In this document: positions 36,152 to 37,861 of the stretch, one piece after another
How the letters are laid out: the number at the start of each line of letters is the position of its first letter
Position numbering within the stretch: position 1 is the first letter of the stretch
From: Candidatus Rokuibacteriota bacterium
GTDB lineage: Bacteria; Methylomirabilota; Methylomirabilia; Rokubacteriales; DASRDR01
DNA: 37,861 nucleotides
Direction: 5' to 3'
Assembly: GCA_044866005.1 (NCBI GenBank)
Contig: JBIOTN010000140.1
Location: forward strand, 1 to 37,861
Notes under the pieces: model-generated
Databases searched by the model: none
The model's input: only the letters and a program-made list of their open reading frames with translations
Told to the model about the DNA's origin: nothing
Made by a program: the position numbers and the translations under genes

Positions 36152-36280
36152 AGCCTGACGTACCGGTGAGCGCCACAGCTACGACTCTCGACGAGACGCG
36201 CTCATGTGCGAGCGAGTTCCGGTCCTGATGAGTCGGACGACGACGCCGGTGACCGAGCCGGTCGTGGAGGCGGCGCGGCG

Positions 36281-37204
36281 ATGAAACGAATTCGGCGGAT
36301 CCTGCACGGGACCGACTTCACCCCGGCGTCCGAATCGGCCTGGGAGGCAACCCAGATGCTGGGCGCCCTCTTCGACGCCGACCTCCTCCTCCTGCACGTC
36401 CTGGCGCCGCCGGTGGCGCCGGCGGACGGGCTCCTCGCGGCTCCGACGTCCCGGGCGCTATCGGATGAGGCCCGCGAGGCGGCGCACGACGCGCTCGGCC
36501 GGCTGCTCGACGGCGCGGCGACGTCGGCAGTCAAAGCGCATACCCGGGTCGAGGAGGGACCGCCGGCCGAGCGGATCCTGGCGGTCGCCCGCGAGGAGCC
36601 GGTAGACCTCGTGGTCATCGGAACGCGCCGTCGAAGCGGACTCGCCCACATGTTGCTCGGGAGCGTCACGGACTCCGTCCTCCAGCTGGCTCCCTGTCCG
36701 GTGGTCACGGTCCGCCCGCGCTCGCCGCTCGACCGCCGGCCGTTCCCGCGGCCGACCCGGCTCTGTTACGCGACCGACTTCTCACCCACGGCCGCGGCCG
36801 CCTGGCCCTGGGCGCTCGCGGTGGCCGAGGCGGCGGGCGCGCAGATCGAGCTGTTCCACGGGGTGCCGTTTCCGATCGCCGACCGGGGGACCCCGCCGAC
36901 GGAAGTCGCGGCGGCGGCCAAGGTCCTTGCCGAGCGGGCCCGCAGGGATGCCGAGCGCTTCCTCGCCGAGGTCGGCGCCCCGCCCGACCGCGTCTCCATC
37001 CGGCTCGCGACCGGCGTGCCCGCCGACCTGATCGTGCACTGGGCGCGCGCCCGCTCGGCCGACCTCATCGTGATGGGCACCCACGGGTGGTCCGGGCTGG
37101 TGCGCTGGACGCTCGGCTCGGTCGCTCACCACGTGATCCAGGCGGCAGACTGCCCCGTGATGACCGTGGGGCCGGTCGTCCGCAGCGAGGGAATGACGCC
37201 ATGA
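36281..37204 (+). CDS. Universal stress protein (tandem USP domains)
   Basis: Start MKRIRRILHGTDF at 36281; DLVVIGT..RSGL..LLGSV; ATDFS; DLIVMGTHG.SGL...GSVA. Confidence 0.93.
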   Translation: MKRIRRILHGTDFTPASESAWEATQMLGALFDADLLLLHVLAPPVAPADGLLAAPTSRALSDEAREAAHDALGRLLDGAATSAVKAHTRVEEGPPAERILAVAREEPVDLVVIGTRRRSGLAHMLLGSVTDSVLQLAPCPVVTVRPRSPLDRRPFPRPTRLCYATDFSPTAAAAWPWALAVAEAAGAQIELFHGVPFPIADRGTPPTEVAAAAKVLAERARRDAERFLAEVGAPPDRVSIRLATGVPADLIVHWARARSADLIVMGTHGWSGLVRWTLGSVAHHVIQAADCPVMTVGPVVRSEGMTP

Positions 37205-37861
37205 TGCCCGAGCTCTCCGTGGAAGCCGATCCGCTGAGCGTCCCGCTGATCCGCCAGCGCCTGTGCGCCTACACGGTCGGACGGCGGCTCCTCCTTTACG
37301 ACGCCGTGCCCTCCACGAACGCGGTGCTGCGAGAGCTGGCCCGCGCCGGCGCGCAGGAAGGGACCGTGGTCCTGGCCGACAGCCAGACCGCCGGGCGGGG
37401 CCGCGGGGGCAAGCCCTGGTTCTCGCCTCCCGGCGTGAACCTCTACGTCTCGACGCTCCTGCGACCATCGGCTCGGCTCGAGGCGGTCTCCGCGCTTCCC
37501 TTCACCGCCTCCCTGGCGCTGGCCGACGCGATCCGGGAGCTCGGGCTCCCCGTCGCCATCAAGTGGCCGAATGACGTGCTGGTGCGGCGGAAGAAGGTGG
37601 CGGGCGTGCTCGCCGAGGTGGCCACGGCCGGCGGCGGGGTGGATTCCCTGGTGCTCGGCGTCGGCGTCAACGTCAACGTCGAGCGCGCCGCCCTCGCGGC
37701 AGCGCTCGGGCCAGCGGCGCAGTTCGCGACGTCCCTCCGCGAGGCGCTCGGCGGTCCCGTCGACCGCAACGCGCTCGCCGCCGGCTACCTGAGCTTCCTC
37801 GACGAGTGGCTCGTCATCTACCGGACCCAGGGCCCCCGCGCCGTGCTGCGGGCCTGGCGGG
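37201..37861 (+). CDS. birA: Biotin--protein ligase, no N-terminal HTH; runs off the window
   Basis: Absent from the ORF track. ATG 37201 overlaps the usp stop (ATGA); translates PSTN, QTAGRGRGGKPWFSP, KWPND, KKVAGVL, GVGVNVN. Confidence 0.88.
   Translation, partial: MMPELSVEADPLSVPLIRQRLCAYTVGRRLLLYDAVPSTNAVLRELARAGAQEGTVVLADSQTAGRGRGGKPWFSPPGVNLYVSTLLRPSARLEAVSALPFTASLALADAIRELGLPVAIKWPNDVLVRRKKVAGVLAEVATAGGGVDSLVLGVGVNVNVERAALAAALGPAAQFATSLREALGGPVDRNALAAGYLSFLDEWLVIYRTQGPRAVLRAWR

Overview
Very GC-rich bacterial DNA. Gene content and the style of the intergenic repeats suggest a diderm soil lineage such as Rokubacteria/Methylomirabilota (inference only). Contents in order: (1) 55-11590, a minus-strand N-methylglutamate (NMG) methylamine-utilisation operon (mgsABC, sarcosine-oxidase-like mgd subunits in delta-alpha-gamma-beta order, gmaS), followed by msrB and a Tat-exported ABC binding protein. 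(2) rlpA. (3) A Dpp/Opp-type binding protein, two permeases and a D-amino acid dehydrogenase, divergent from flavin reductase, MBL-rhodanese, GT4 glycosyltransferase, msbA and O-antigen ligase. (4) nadE, a Zn-ribbon protein, an amidohydrolase and a VIT1 transporter. (5) About 29.1-37.9 kb, a copper/nitrite/low-oxygen island: nirK, a decayed second nirK, a two-domain multicopper oxidase, three universal stress proteins, two tandem paralogous 4-Cys mini-proteins, a pair of uncharacterised membrane proteins, a Met-zipper periplasmic protein and a birA-like gene. All four transcription units of the island have a sigma-54 (-24/-12) promoter and an upstream shared palindrome yGGGGCA-N4-CGCCCCA. This putative co-regulated system is the most interesting signal in the window. 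At least two families of short dispersed palindromic repeats sit next to gene ends. No rRNA, tRNA, CRISPR array or transposase was seen.
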